Below are positions 1 through 11,650 of a stretch of DNA of 64,000 nucleotides, piece by piece. The position numbers and the translations under genes are program-made. Below the pieces are notes generated by a model. It was not told where the DNA came from. It searched no databases and saw only the letters and a program-made list of their open reading frames with translations. The DNA is from Neoechinorhynchus agilis (lineage: Eukaryota; Animalia; Acanthocephala): the NCBI GenBank assembly GCA_051530055.1, contig CM121342.1, positions 7,944,691 to 8,008,690 of the forward strand, read 5' to 3'. Position 1 is the first letter of the stretch, and every line of letters starts with the position of its first letter.

Positions 1-3000
1 GCGGTGGATCCGCTCGCGACGGAGAGAGACGATAGTCTTGAACGTTCTTTTTTAAAGGAGGAGAGTGGAGAAATAAGGAGATCCGTGGCGGTAGTGGTGG
101 CGGCGGCGGTGCGGATCGATCCACTCGCGACGGAGGCATATGGAATACAGTCTTGAACGTTCTTTTTTTAAAGGAGGAAAGATTGGAGAAATAAGGAGAT
201 CCGTGGCGGTGGATCCACTCGCGACGGAGAGAGACGATAGTCTTGAATCTTTTTTAAAGGAGGAAAGATTGGAGAAATAAGGAAATCCGTGGCGGTGGAT
301 CCGCTCGCGACGGAGAGAGACGATAGTCTTGAACGTTCTTTTTTAAAGGAGGAGAGATTGGAGAAATAAGGAGATCCGTGGCGGTGGATCCGCTCGCGAC
401 GGAGAGAGACGATAGTCTTGAACGTTCTTTTTTAAAGGAGGAGAGTGGAGAAATAAGGAGATCCGTGGCGGTAGTGGTGGCGGCGGCGGTGCGGATCGAT
501 CCACTCGCGACGGAGGATATGATAGTCTTGAACGTTCTTTTTTAAAGGAGGAAAGATTGGAGAAATAAGGAGATCCGTGGCGGTGGATCCACTCGCGACG
601 GAGAGAGACGATAGTCTTGAACGTTCTTTTTTAAAGGAGGAGAGTGGAGAAATAAGGAGATCCGTGGCGGTGGATCCGCTCGCGACGGAGAGAGACGATA
701 GTCTTGAACGTTCTTTTTTAAAGGAGGAGAAATTGGAGAAATAAGGAGATCCGTGGCGGTGGATCCACTCGCGACGGAGAGAGACGATAGTCTTGAACGT
801 TCTTTTTTAAAGGAGGAGAGTGGAGAAATAAGGAGATCCGTGGCGGTGGATCCGCTCGCGACGGAGAGAGACGATAGTCTTGAACGTTCTTTTTTAAAGG
901 AGGAAAGATTGGAGAAATAAGGAGATCCGTGGCGGTGGATCCTGCGACGGAGAGGACGATAGTCTTGAACGTTCTTTTTTAAAGGAGGAGAGTGGAGAAA
1001 TAAGGAGATCCGTGGCGGTGGATCCGCTCGCGACGGAGAGAGACGATAGTCTTGAACGTTCTTTTTTAAAGGAGGAGAGATCCACTGGACGGAGAAGATA
1101 GTCTTGAACGTTCTTTTTTAAAGGAGGAAGATTGGAGAAATAAGGAGATCCGTGGCGGTGGATCCGCTCGCGACGGAGAGAGACGATAGTCTTGAATCTT
1201 CTTTTTTAAAGGAGGAGAGATTGGAGAAATAAGGAGATCCGTGGCGGTGGATCCGCTCGCGACGGAGAGAGACGATAGTCTTGACGTTCTTTTTTAAAGG
1301 AGGAGAATTGGAGAAATAAGGAGATCCGTGGCGGTGGATCCCTGGACGGAAGACGATAGTCTTGAACGTTCTTTTTTAAAGGAGGAGAGTGGAGAAATAA
1401 GGAGATCCGTGGCGGTGGATCCCTCGCGACGGAGAAGATAGTCTTGAACGTTCTTTTTTAAAGGAGGAAAGATTGGAGAAATAAGGAGATCCGTGGCGGT
1501 GGATCCACTTGTGACGGAGAGAGACGATAGTCTTGAACGTTCTTTTTTAAAGGAGGAGAGTGGAGAAATAAGGAGATCCGTGGCGGTGGATCCGCTCGCG
1601 ACGGAGAGAGACGATAGTCTTGACCGTTCTTTTTTAAAGGAGGAGAAATTGGAGAAATAAGGAGATCCGTGGCGGTGGATCCACTTGTGACGGAGAGAGA
1701 CGATAGTCTTGAATCTTCTTTTTTTAAAGGAGGAGAGATTGGAGAAATAAGGAGATCCGTGGCGGTGGATCCGCTCGCGACGGAGAGAGACGATAGTCTT
1801 GAACGTTCTTTTTTAAAGGAGGAAAGATTGGAGAAATAAGGGGATCCGTGGCGGTGGATCCACTTGTGACGGAGAGAGACGATAGTCTTGAACGTTCTTT
1901 TTTAAAGGAGGAGAGTGGAGAAATAAGGAGATCCGTGGCGGTGGATCCGCTCGCGACGGAGAGAGACGATAGTCTTGACCGTTCTTTTTTAAAGGAGGAG
2001 AAATTGGAGAAATAAGGAGATCCGTGGCGGTGGATCCACTTGTGACGGAGAGAGACGATAGTCTTGAATCTTCTTTTTTTAAAGGAGGAGAGATTGGAGA
2101 AATAAGGAGATCCGTGGCGGTGGATCCGCTCGCGACGGAGACGATAGTCTTGAACGTTCTTTTTTAAAGGAAGAGTGGAGAAATAAGGAGATCCATGGCG
2201 GTTGATCCACTTGTGACGGAGAGAGACGATAGTCTTGAACGTTCTTTTTTAAAGGAGGAGAGTGGAGAAATAAGGAGATCCGTGGCGGTGGATCCGCTCG
2301 CGACGGAGAGAGATAGAATATAGTCTTGAACGTTCTTTTTTTAAGAAGGAGGAAAGATTGGAGAAATAAGGAAATCCGTGGCGGTAGTGGTGGCGGCGGG
2401 GTGGGATCGATCCACTCGCGACGGAGAGAGACGATAGTCTTGACCGTTCTTTTTTAAAGGAGGAGAAATTGGAGAAATAAGGAGATCCGTGGCGGTGGAT
2501 CCGCTCGCGACGGAGAGAGACGATAGTCTTGACCGTTCTTTTTTAAAGGAGGAGAAATTGGAGAAATAAGGAGATCCGTGGCGGTGGATCCACTTGTGAC
2601 GGAGAGAGACGATAGTCTTGAATCTTCTTTTTTAAAGGAGGAGAGTGGAGAAATAAGGAGATCCGTGGCGGTGGATCCGCTCGCGACCTTTTTTAAAGGA
2701 GGAAAGATTGGAGAAATAAGGGGATCCGTGGCGGTGGATCCACTTGTGACGGAGAGAGACGATAGTCTTGAACGTTCTTTTTTAAAGGAGGAGAGTGGAG
2801 AAATAAGGAGATCCGTGGCGGTGGATCCGCTCGCGACGGAGAGAGATAGAATATAGTCTTGAACGTTCTTTTTTAAGAAGGGGGTAATAGGAGATCGGTG
2901 GCGGCGTGTATCGATCCATGCGCTTAGAAGCGAGACGATTCTCTTGAACCTTCTTTTTTTAAAGGAGGTGAGATTGGAGAAAATAGGAGATTGGCAGTTG

Positions 3001-3055
3001 TGGATCCACTCGCGACGGAGACACATGGAATACAGTCTTGAACGTTCTTTTTTTG
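1..3055. repeat. Tandem satellite array, 87-89 bp monomer with dimer (~171-179 bp) and tetramer (~355 bp) higher-order structure; continues past the left window edge
   Basis: Unit GCGGTGGATCCGCTCGCGACGGAGAGAGACGATAGTCTTGAACGTTCTTTTTTAAAGGAGG(AGAGT/AAAGATT)GGAGAAATAAGGAGATCCGTG is repeated more than 30 times. The CCACTTGTGA variant recurs at 1505, 1681, 1860, 2036 and 2207. Terminal monomers at ~2860-3055 are degenerate. Confidence 0.97.
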
Positions 3056-4078
3056 CGACAAGCGGGAGGGAGATGATTTTGGGGGGCATGCGACTAGAAA
3101 CTAAGAAATCTCCATGCTGATTAGTCTCCGAAGACGTGGTGATCGTATTACTTTCCCGGGGAAAAAGACGAATCCCGCTTCTTGTTTGAATCAAAATACC
3201 TGTAGAGCGGTCGAAAAAGCGTTAAAAGACACTCCCACAAGACCAAACGAGCAAAACAAACGCCGTTTTGTGAGCATTTCTAAAGTTTGTCGTTTAAATG
3301 ACGAAGTCCATTCTCGAGGGGGCAACGCGTGATGCCCTTTCGGTCTCATTTGTTTTCGTCGAATTTTCTCTTTTGTTGTAAAGAGTTCAAGATCAGTCTG
3401 AATTACAAAATACTTTGGCGTCATGAATTCTGTGGCAACTTCAGTTGAGAAGCTCTCAATGAACGTATTCAGTGAGTGGTTATAACACGACGTTCATAGT
3501 ACGACACTCATGTTGTCGTATCTAATCAAAAGATTCAATGAGTTGTATTTTTAAGCAATTTGCTCTTTTTGCTTAACTGGTCGGTTTTAAGCCAGCGTTT
3601 TTCGGTCTTCCTGTAAATTTTTTTGTATCCTTTAAATTTGAATCGATGGGTTTTACGATTACGTCCATCATCTGTACACGTCATCGTTTCTTTGGAATTT
3701 CATTATCCTCATATCTTTGAGAAAATTTGGCCTCAAATGCCAATTTCTTTTATAAGTCGATTCGGTCAACATTTGGAATTCAAATCACCACTGCCGTTAA
3801 AATCGATTGTCCTCTGATTTTATACTCTCCCTGATGGTTATCGGGCAACATCTTATAAAATGTCTATGAATGATGACTCTTTTAAAGTGTAAAACGAATC
3901 AGCGACTTGATAAAATTTGCGCTTGGCGTAGCTATAAACGCCATAGAAATGCAATTATAAACTTTTAGCACTTGTAGAGTGCGCGTCTTGGAAGTTTATT
4001 CAAAGTGTTCAAAAAGATTCGATTGAACACACGAAAATCAACCATTGCGAATTTCACCTCAAACGGAGTCTATGAGTG

Positions 4079-4921
4079 TTTTCAAAATCAAGCTTCTAAG
4101 TCCCATCGCAATAACTCTCCATACTTTCTCCGTTTACAAAAAGCACTAACTAGCAAAATACTTGTCGCCCGCAAAAACGTTCTTTTCTCCAAAATTCATT
4201 TAGGTGGCAATTCAACGTGGTGGCGGGCCTACCGAATCATTCCGTCAAATATCCATTCTACCCACTCTTTCAAAAATCATCGGAAAATGTTTTTAATCTC
4301 GCCTTTATTCACTTCTCATCGAAAAGTTATCGCCTCTACCATTTGGCTTCCGGCTGAAATTTTTTGCAACCGATACCCTACTTTGCATTTATGACACGCT
4401 CCTACGTAACCTCGACAATAATCCCTCCTACGTCACCCGTCTCATTCCGCTGGATTTATCGAAAGCATTCGATTCCGTGGACCATTCGCTCCTTCTCCGG
4501 GGCTGCTCCGATTATGGTCTCAATTTATGGCAGATCCGCTGGCTCGAATCTTATCTTCACAATCGCAAACAATACCGTTCTACCTCTTCTATCAGCCTAT
4601 CCCTCGCCAAAGGCGTACCTCAAGATGCTGTGCTGTCACCACTTCTCTTTGATATTTTTCTAAACAACCTCAAACCTCTCTCCTCTCATTCTAAACTCTT
4701 CTTATGCGCCGACGATATCACCCTCATCACCCATTCACCACCTCTCCTTAACCCCTAACGAAATAAAGCGCATAAAAGATTTCTGCACCAATCACGAACT
4801 CCATCTCAATTTCTCTAAATGCTTCGAAATGATCCCTTCATTCTCAAACAACCCCAAATCTTCCCCCGAGATTCTAAATGACATCCTACGATTCGCCTCC
4901 CTAAGAATTCTGAGTCTCCAA
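4079..4921 (+). mobile_element. Decayed, internally deleted L2/CR1-group LINE fragment (RT region)
   Basis: Frameshifted RT motifs LDLSKAFDSVDH, GVPQDAVLSPLLF and CADD; highly similar to 61020-62240. Confidence 0.85.
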
Positions 4922-5489
4922 TTTTGTGTTCCGTGTATAAAAGAGGAACTGTGACTAACAAGAGAATGGATACTATAGTAGGATCCATCTTTGGGTGAGA
5001 TGCGATTCTTGGATACATTATAGCAACGCCATCTCGGTACAAAAGGATTCGTCCCGGCAAACATTTGTTTCGCTCTCGATACTTTCCCAGTATCCTTCGC
5101 ATTATTGTTTCTAAGTTATAAACGATTTCTATACTTGACTTTGAAGGTTGAGGATTTTTCTGAAGGGAAATCATGGAAACTTAGGAATGAGGAACAAAGT
5201 CAACCGAAGCTACAACGGCGGCTATCGATACTCGGCAAAGGTGTCCTTGACTATTCAGAACCCGATGGGTAACATCGAGACCGACAAACATGGTCCTTCC
5301 GTAATTTCCAATTTGTGGATTAAACTTAAATGGCACTGGATTTCGTGTTAGACTCACGTTAACACCGCCGAGCTTTGCACAAAGTTTGTTACAAATATTT
5401 ACGCTCCTATCTCGTCTTTTTATCGCTTTGTCAGTGATGAACTGAGTAATCGATCCGCTGACTAGTTCCGCGGCAGCCTTAACTGCTGG
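4922..5489 (-). pseudogene. Argonaute MID-PIWI domain pseudogene fragment
   Basis: My translation from 5489: PAVKAAAELVSGSITQFIT...NICNKLCAKLGGVN...TMFVGLDVTH...SIAAVVASVD...(TAA at 5181-5183)...SIEIVYNLETIMRRILGKYRERNKCLPGRILLYRDGVA. After a deletion and frameshift it continues ISPKDGSYY...VSH...HGT. These match the Argonaute motifs KINAKLGGxN, GxDVTH, SIAAVVGS, RIIFYRDGV and THPxxxDFYLxSHxxxQGT. No introns are evident. Confidence 0.88.
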
Positions 5490-5669
5490 GGTTGAATTTT
5501 AAGCAAATCCACGAAGATCGACTGATTTGGCCGTTTTTAAATATGTAGAAGGCAATCAATTAGTTTATTATACTTTAAAGAAGATGGATTACCGTCAAGA
5601 AGTGCAAAAACCATTAAAAAACGCGAAAAAGCTTTAAAGCAATCGTCCATCTTAAATAATATCGATCAT
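5489..5669 (+). repeat. ~180-bp templated copy of palindrome-arm sequence (6585-6763, mirrored at ~15810-15990) sitting at the outer junction of the left arm
   Basis: GGGTTGAATTTTAAGCAAATCC...AATATCGATCAT matches 6585-6763. It joins the arm start through a 2-nt AT microhomology. Confidence 0.9.
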
Positions 5670-6305
5670 GATACGCTCCTACGCAACCTCCACAATAATC
5701 GCTCCCACGTCACCCGTATCATTCCCCTTTCCTGAACCTCTAAAGAAATCACACACATAAAAGATTTCTGCACCAATCACAAACTCCATCTCAATTTCTC
5801 TAAATGCTTCGAAATGATCCCTTCATTCTCACACAACTCCAAATCTTCCCCCGAGATTCTAAATGACATCCTACGATTCGCCTCCCTAAGAATTCTGAGT
5901 CTCCAATTTCAATCAAATCTGAAATGGGACTTGCGCCAAATGAGTTAAGCAGCTTCCGTGTTTAATTTCGACCATCGAAGTAATCTCGTTGGAAGAAGTA
6001 AGCGCTAGATTTGAAAGGCCGACAGTCGTGACATCGGATAAGAACCGTGTGTTTCTTGAGTTGCCGTTTATTGACGATTCCTCCTATCATAGTTTATCCA
6101 GAGTGGAAGACGAAATTAGATAAAATGCGATGTTGAAGCAAGCACCTCGCACCTTCCTGTACCTACGCTCCTTGATTCCTACCCGAATAGGAATCCCTCC
6201 GACCAGATATTACCTCCCGAACGAACCGTCCCTCGGCTGCATATATCCATATTAACGGAAAAGGACCCAAAGGTACATGGGTCCTCCTAAACCTTTCGTT
6301 GTATT
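5668..6305 (+). mobile_element. Heavily deleted L2/CR1-group LINE 3' relic inside the left arm
   Basis: Segments match 61725-62970 of the most complete copy; it ends in the GGACCC-AAAGGTACAT-GGGTCC stem-loop (6263-6284). Confidence 0.8.
5935..6140 (+). mobile_element. Probable Penelope-like element relic (RT-to-GIY-YIG linker) embedded in the LINE relic; mirrored at ~16430-16635
   Basis: Translation ...LISTIEVISLEEVSARFERPTVVTSDKNRVFLELPFIDDSSYHSLSRVEDEIR* resembles the PLE linker motif VxLxLP(Y/F)xxxxSxxL. The segment is absent from the other LINE copies. Confidence 0.4.
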
Positions 6306-7183
6306 AACAGTATTCTCCTTTGCGACAACTTCACGATTGAAGTACGCCTCAAAGTAACACAATGATTCCTGACAGTAGGCCGAAAAGTGTATTTCATAAA
6401 TTAAAATACAGACCGAATGATTGAATAGAATTATCCTAGATATCCGGCATCTCAGGCAAGTAAATCGGACGCTTTAATTACGATACAGAATGTTTGATTT
6501 CTATCAATAATCAGATTAAACGGATGTCGAAATAGCACACTTTGTTCAAAATGGCGCTTAGCGATTGAAGAAATATCGTTTGTAGGGTTGAATTTTAAGC
6601 AAATCCACGAAGATCGACTGATTTGGCCGTTTTTAAATATGTAGAAGGCAATCAATTTGGTTATTATACTTTAAAAATGGATTACCGCCAAGAAGTGCAA
6701 AAACCATTAAAAAACGCGAAAAAGCTTTAAAGCAATCGTCCATCTTAAATAATATCGATCATTAGCTCCGAACTTTTTAGCGATTATTTCGATAAGCGGA
6801 TACGATCGACGAAATAATCATTTTAAAGAAGTTGTAGATTTATGTGACGGCGGGGAAAAATTACATATCAAAGACTGACTTTAATTGAAATATTTCGTCC
6901 AATCACACTGGACTTCTTCAGTCAATTATTGTTTGCAAGTATTTACGACTCCATTTTATGTTTAACATGATTTTTGTGTTCTTCTTTTGATGATTAAGAA
7001 AATCGACACTGATTTATTAATTCGATTGCTTCGTTGGACTTCTAAAAACAGGTAGATTAAATTTGTGACAGAGAACCATCAGTTTCTACTATTCTTTTCA
7101 CGAAAAAACACAGAATTATTATAGAAGCCGATGATGAATGTTTATTGAAATCAACAAATCCGATTTTTAATACACAGACACAT

Positions 7184-7633
7184 TCAATTTTTATTGACAA
7201 AGTTGTCATAGATTGATTTGTAAAGAGCCAGGTCCCTGAGCATGAACGTTTTTCGTCTTGCATGACAAATAAGGAGACGGCTGAGTTCCATCATACCGAC
7301 CAATTCATTCTCCGCAGCCAATTGAAAAATATCCAGCGCTGCGCTTGTGACTCGGAAACGCTTCGAGGTCACTGACATAAAAATCGAACGGAACGTCTTT
7401 ACAAAAGATAATTTCGGGATACTGTATTGTCTTCGGCATCTTCTCCGTGAACTATTATTTACAATAGGATTCCACTGATCACGTTGAACACGCCTCTTAA
7501 ATTCCACCATAACAGTATCCAAATTATCCAGAATCTCCTTATTCTTTTCGTCTAACTCCTTCTGCTCCAATTCTTCACTTATAACCAGCTTGCGTTTTCT
7601 TCTCTCAGTCCTAGCGGTATTTGGTCGCACCAT
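7184..7633 (-). CDS. Divergent histone H3 variant, CenH3/CENP-A-like (copy 1), 149 aa
   Basis: The C-terminal ~80 aa align with the H3 fold: IPKLSFVKTFRSIFMSVTSKRFRVTSAALDIFQLAAENELVGMMELSRLLICHARRKTFMLRDLAL vs [65 protein letters not shown]. Long unrelated N-terminal tail; ATG start; downstream AATAAA. Confidence 0.85.
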   Translation of the reverse strand: MVRPNTARTERRKRKLVISEELEQKELDEKNKEILDNLDTVMVEFKRRVQRDQWNPIVNNSSRRRCRRQYSIPKLSFVKTFRSIFMSVTSKRFRVTSAALDIFQLAAENELVGMMELSRLLICHARRKTFMLRDLALYKSIYDNFVNKN

Positions 7634-8725
7634 TTTTATGAAAACAAAAAAACTTGATCACAGAGCTTTGATAATCGATTCTGTCGTGTCTTGGATTTTC
7701 TCGACGCAGCTTTTCTGTCATAAATGCGTTTTAGGCTTGGAACGCGTGGTAATCACGTACGTGGAGTGCCTTTATCGCCGCAGCAAAGTCATTAGTTATG
7801 ACAGGTTTAATGATGTGCGTTTGATGCTTTAAGAAATAGTTATTTGTTGTTGTTTTTATGTGCTGGTTTGCCTCTTCAGTCTCTATTGCTTGTAAGAAGA
7901 AATCGATCTTTCCTATAGATTTTATAAAAAGGACACAATTTCGACTAATGCAAAAATAAAGGAAACGTCGATATGGAACCATTGCCGAATAGGAGTCGAT
8001 TCGCGGATGTTGCGACCTGTTTGTGTCTCCCCACATCACACATTTTAGATTACTTCCCTGTTGAAGTCACGGAGAAAGCTAGGCAAATAAATCAACAATG
8101 TATGTGGGTCGTACAAATGTCAAATTAAATTACAATTCAATTACGCTGAATAGAAAAAGTTTCATAGACACGACTTGAGCGCTTCATAATTAATTTCTCG
8201 ATTGAAAAGATGTCTTTCAATTCTTATTTAAAAAATCCAGTTTGATCAGAACTAAAAACGAAGATTTAATGTCTTGAGGCTTCGGAAAACATAACCTAAA
8301 AAATCATGTCAAAGTTGTTTAAATTAAAAACTCCACGAGCAATCGCCATGATTTAGTTACTTAGGGTTTGAAACGACTCTAAAGTCCGCAGAGCAAATCC
8401 AAAAATCGTGCCAAATGATTATTCATCGAAAACTCGGAGAAATTCAGCTACTTTTGATTTGGAATTTAAATCGCCCTTTTATATAAATGATTGAGCATCA
8501 ACATTTTAGATACCTATAAATCCGAATCAAAAAATTATGTCAAATAATTGCGAATTATAATCTTCGATTACAAATCATTAGAAATTCGGCTCATTCAAAA
8601 TAACTTTTTGTCCTCTGTTCAAAGGACGAAGATGGGTCGACATTTCAGAAGCTTATAAATCAAACAATTATGTCAAATAGCCGTAAACACTTGCAAACAA
8701 TGAAATTTCACTCATTTCATACATT

Positions 8726-11630
8726 ATGAGTAACGATCAAGTAATCGATGAGAGATTTTTGATGAAGGATCTACTTAGTGGATTACCAAACTTCATAAAC
8801 ATTTGCAAACAACCAAAAACGAATATGAGGAAATCAGACGATGGATATTGCGACGGATCAGATTCACCTCCCAGCCTTATACCTCCAACAAGGCTCAGGA
8901 CGATCTCAGCATCGGATAGGTTTTGCCGAAATTCCAAATTACATCACAATGTGTTCAAATCGCCTACAATCGACGCTGGTGACGCAGATAATTTGAACGC
9001 GCCACTTATAGATCACGTTCAACCTGAGAAGACCAACGCTGCCGGGCTCCCACGCGTCTCTACTGGTTTGTGTCCGGTTTGCGGTAAGTTTTTTAAATTA
9101 ACAAATATGGGGGTTTTGTTTGTCCATGGTCCCCGGGATCTCCGCTGTAGTGGGTCTGGTTCTCCACCACAATTAACCGAACCTTTCGTGCATGAGACCC
9201 CTCAGATCACCACGGACTCTATTTCGATACCTGATATCGTGCGGGTTCTGCCCAGAAACGTCCTGAAACGGATCCCTAAAGGCGCGCGATATCTGGTCGC
9301 CAAAGCATTTACGTGATTGCTCAACGATTGCCTGCAAACGAACTGTGCGCCTTCATGGGCACGGCTCTTCGCTTTCCCGCGCTTAGTCCTCTGCACCAGC
9401 GGTGATTCTGGGGTGTCTTTGACATCAACAATCAAGGAAAGGTTAGCCTCCTTTGAACAAATATTTAACAATTTTGAAAGGAATCTCGGCGAGGTTCGTA
9501 AGGGACGCACGAAGAAAGTTTCGCTGCCGTTTTTTAAAACGATCACTGACTGAGCGTGTCTCTTCGAAGCTTGCGGACGGGGATGTTCGGGGGGCTGTTC
9601 GGTTATTGTCATCCAACGACAGTTTCGCAAATCGGTCAAAACACCCATGGAGTAGTGGCAGTTTTGAAATTCTATCTCCTCCTATACAAAACAGGACACC
9701 CACTCAAATTTTAGAGTTAAAAAAAGCCATAGAATCTTTTGCAAATGGTTCGGGTCACGGGCTTGACGAGCTAAGGCCTCAGCACCTAAAGGACATGATG
9801 TCCTTTTCAACTGGCGAAGCAGCTCTCTCTCTCTAGGAAGTGCGCTTTTTCGAACAGTCGACCGCTTGACTGGAGAGGACCTGAACCCCGTTGCAAAGGA
9901 CCTATTTTTCGGAGCATCATTATGTGCTCTCACAAAAAAAGAAGGTGGGATCCGTCCCATCGCTGTATCTTCGACGATACGCCGACTTGCAGGAAAAATT
10001 CTCTGCAAACGTATTACAGAGAAAACCGGGCAGCAATTTCGTCCAGTCCAACTGGGCTGCTGCACATCCTGCGGGGCGGAAGCTATCGTCCACTCGCTCC
10101 GAAACTTTGCTACGAGTAGCTCAGCGCCGTGCGTGATTCTTAAGTGCGATTTTCGGAACGCCTTTAACTCTCTTAATAGAGAAAGCATGTTCCGCGCAAT
10201 TAGGGATCACGCACCAGAAGCCTTCCAGTATTTTCTCAATGCCTACGGGACGGCGACTCCTTTGCTTTTTGAAGACCACCTCATTTGGTCCGAAAGAGGA
10301 GTGCCGCAAGGAGATAATCTCGGTCCAATCGCATTCTCCCTACAGTAAATACAATAGCGCATTCTCTTCATTCCAGCTTCAACGCTTGGTACTTGGATGA
10401 CGCTACGCTCGGAGGTGATCCCTCCGTTGTACTGCACGATTTGGAGACGCTGATTAGGGAGACCTCGAAGATGGGCATTGAGCTCAATGCTGGAAAATGT
10501 GAGCTCCTTGTATTGAATATTCAAGACGCCGCCAGTCCAAAAACTAATGACTGGGTTCGAGGCCGTAGCTCCAGGTCTGAAACTCGTGACTCGGGCGCAA
10601 CTCAGCCTCCTGGGCACTTGCGTCTTCGATTCAAATGTGGAAGATGAGATCGGCCATATCATACCGAAACTTTCGCTGCTGTGCGATAGGGTGTGCGCTT
10701 TCTCGGCCCATGAAGCCTTGTTTCTGATAAAGAACGCGCTCTTCATCCCCAAATTATTGTACAAGGTTCGCACAGTAACATTTTTCAAACATTAGGAAGG
10801 ATTGGCTAAGCTGTACGATAAGGTGAGGGCTCGTCTCGAGCGTATTTCAAATGTCCAGCTCTCAGATGAGGCGTTGCGACAAGCTTCTTTGCCTGTGTCA
10901 TCTGAGGGATTGGGAATTCGGGCACTAGTGGACCTCGCTTTGCCGGCCTTTCTTCGATCGTTTGAGGGGAGCCCACCAGTACTGGGAAAATTTTGAAGGA
11001 ACGATGATCGCAGTGTCCTAAAGACTTGGTCTTCCGATATGCACGCCCGATCGCTGTCGATGTGGGTCTTTGGTTGATGCTTTCGAGCGAAACGGTCTCG
11101 TTTGCCGAAAGCCAGGAGGAAGGTTCTCACGCCATTCTGTGATCAATAGCGTAATTTCTCGGGCGTTTAAAACCGGGAACTTCCCCAACATCTTGGAACC
11201 CGCCCATCTTTGTCGACTAGACGGCCGTCGACCTGACGGAATTACGGTCTTTCCGTTGCGGGAGGGCAAATGCCTACCCTGGGACGCCGCGTGTGTTGAC
11301 ACCCTCGCAGTAAGCAACATCCCCCACTTCCTCGAAATCGCCGGTGCTGCCGTCAGTGCAGCGGAAGGGAGAAAGGTACGAAAATATAGAGAATTAGCAA
11401 GGGCCCACTATTTTGTCCCCTTTGGGGTAGAGACGTATGGAGCGCTCGGCAGCTTGGCACTCACTCTGCTCCAGGATCTCTCGAAGAAATTGATAGAGGC
11501 AACCGGAGACTCAAGAGCAGGCGTATTCCTTCGACAAAATATCTCGATGACAGTACAACGAGGCAATGCTGCCAGCGTGATGGCGACGGTCGAGGAAGGA
11601 CAAAAGCTGGAATTTGACGGAAGGTGGTGA
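8726..11630 (+). mobile_element. CRE-clade (R2 group) non-LTR retrotransposon, near full length, inactivated by stops and frameshifts
   Basis: N-terminal zinc-finger-like CPVCGK...H..C and LKRIPKGAR motif; RT motifs CDFRNAFNSL, GVPQGD and YLDD; C-terminal RH...RPDG...WD restriction-like endonuclease. About 90% similar by eye to 50611-53012. Confidence 0.9.
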
Positions 11631-11650
11631 GTGTGCTTCAAACAGATTGT

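Larger units (their letters stand above)
5668..8679. repeat. Left arm of a ~3.0-kb inverted duplication (quasi-palindrome)
   Basis: Reverse complement of 13899-16903. Mirrored coordinates sum to ~22571 across the arm (5668/16903, 6263/16308, 7184/15387, 7633/14938). Confidence 0.97.

Noticed and set aside
894-3194. ORFs inside the 87-89 bp satellite (63, 92 and 246 aa)
   Set aside because: They are translations of tandem monomers with repeating peptide and no protein motif.
3330-3520. Harbinger-like HDAKVFCNS motif on the minus strand
   Set aside because: Isolated motif amid multiple stops with no other DDE motifs.
7590-8039. ORFs upstream of or antisense to the H3-like genes (also 14541-14981, 6452-6655 and 15919-16119)
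   Set aside because: No motifs; their lengths differ between arms because of indels, unlike the preserved histone ORF.
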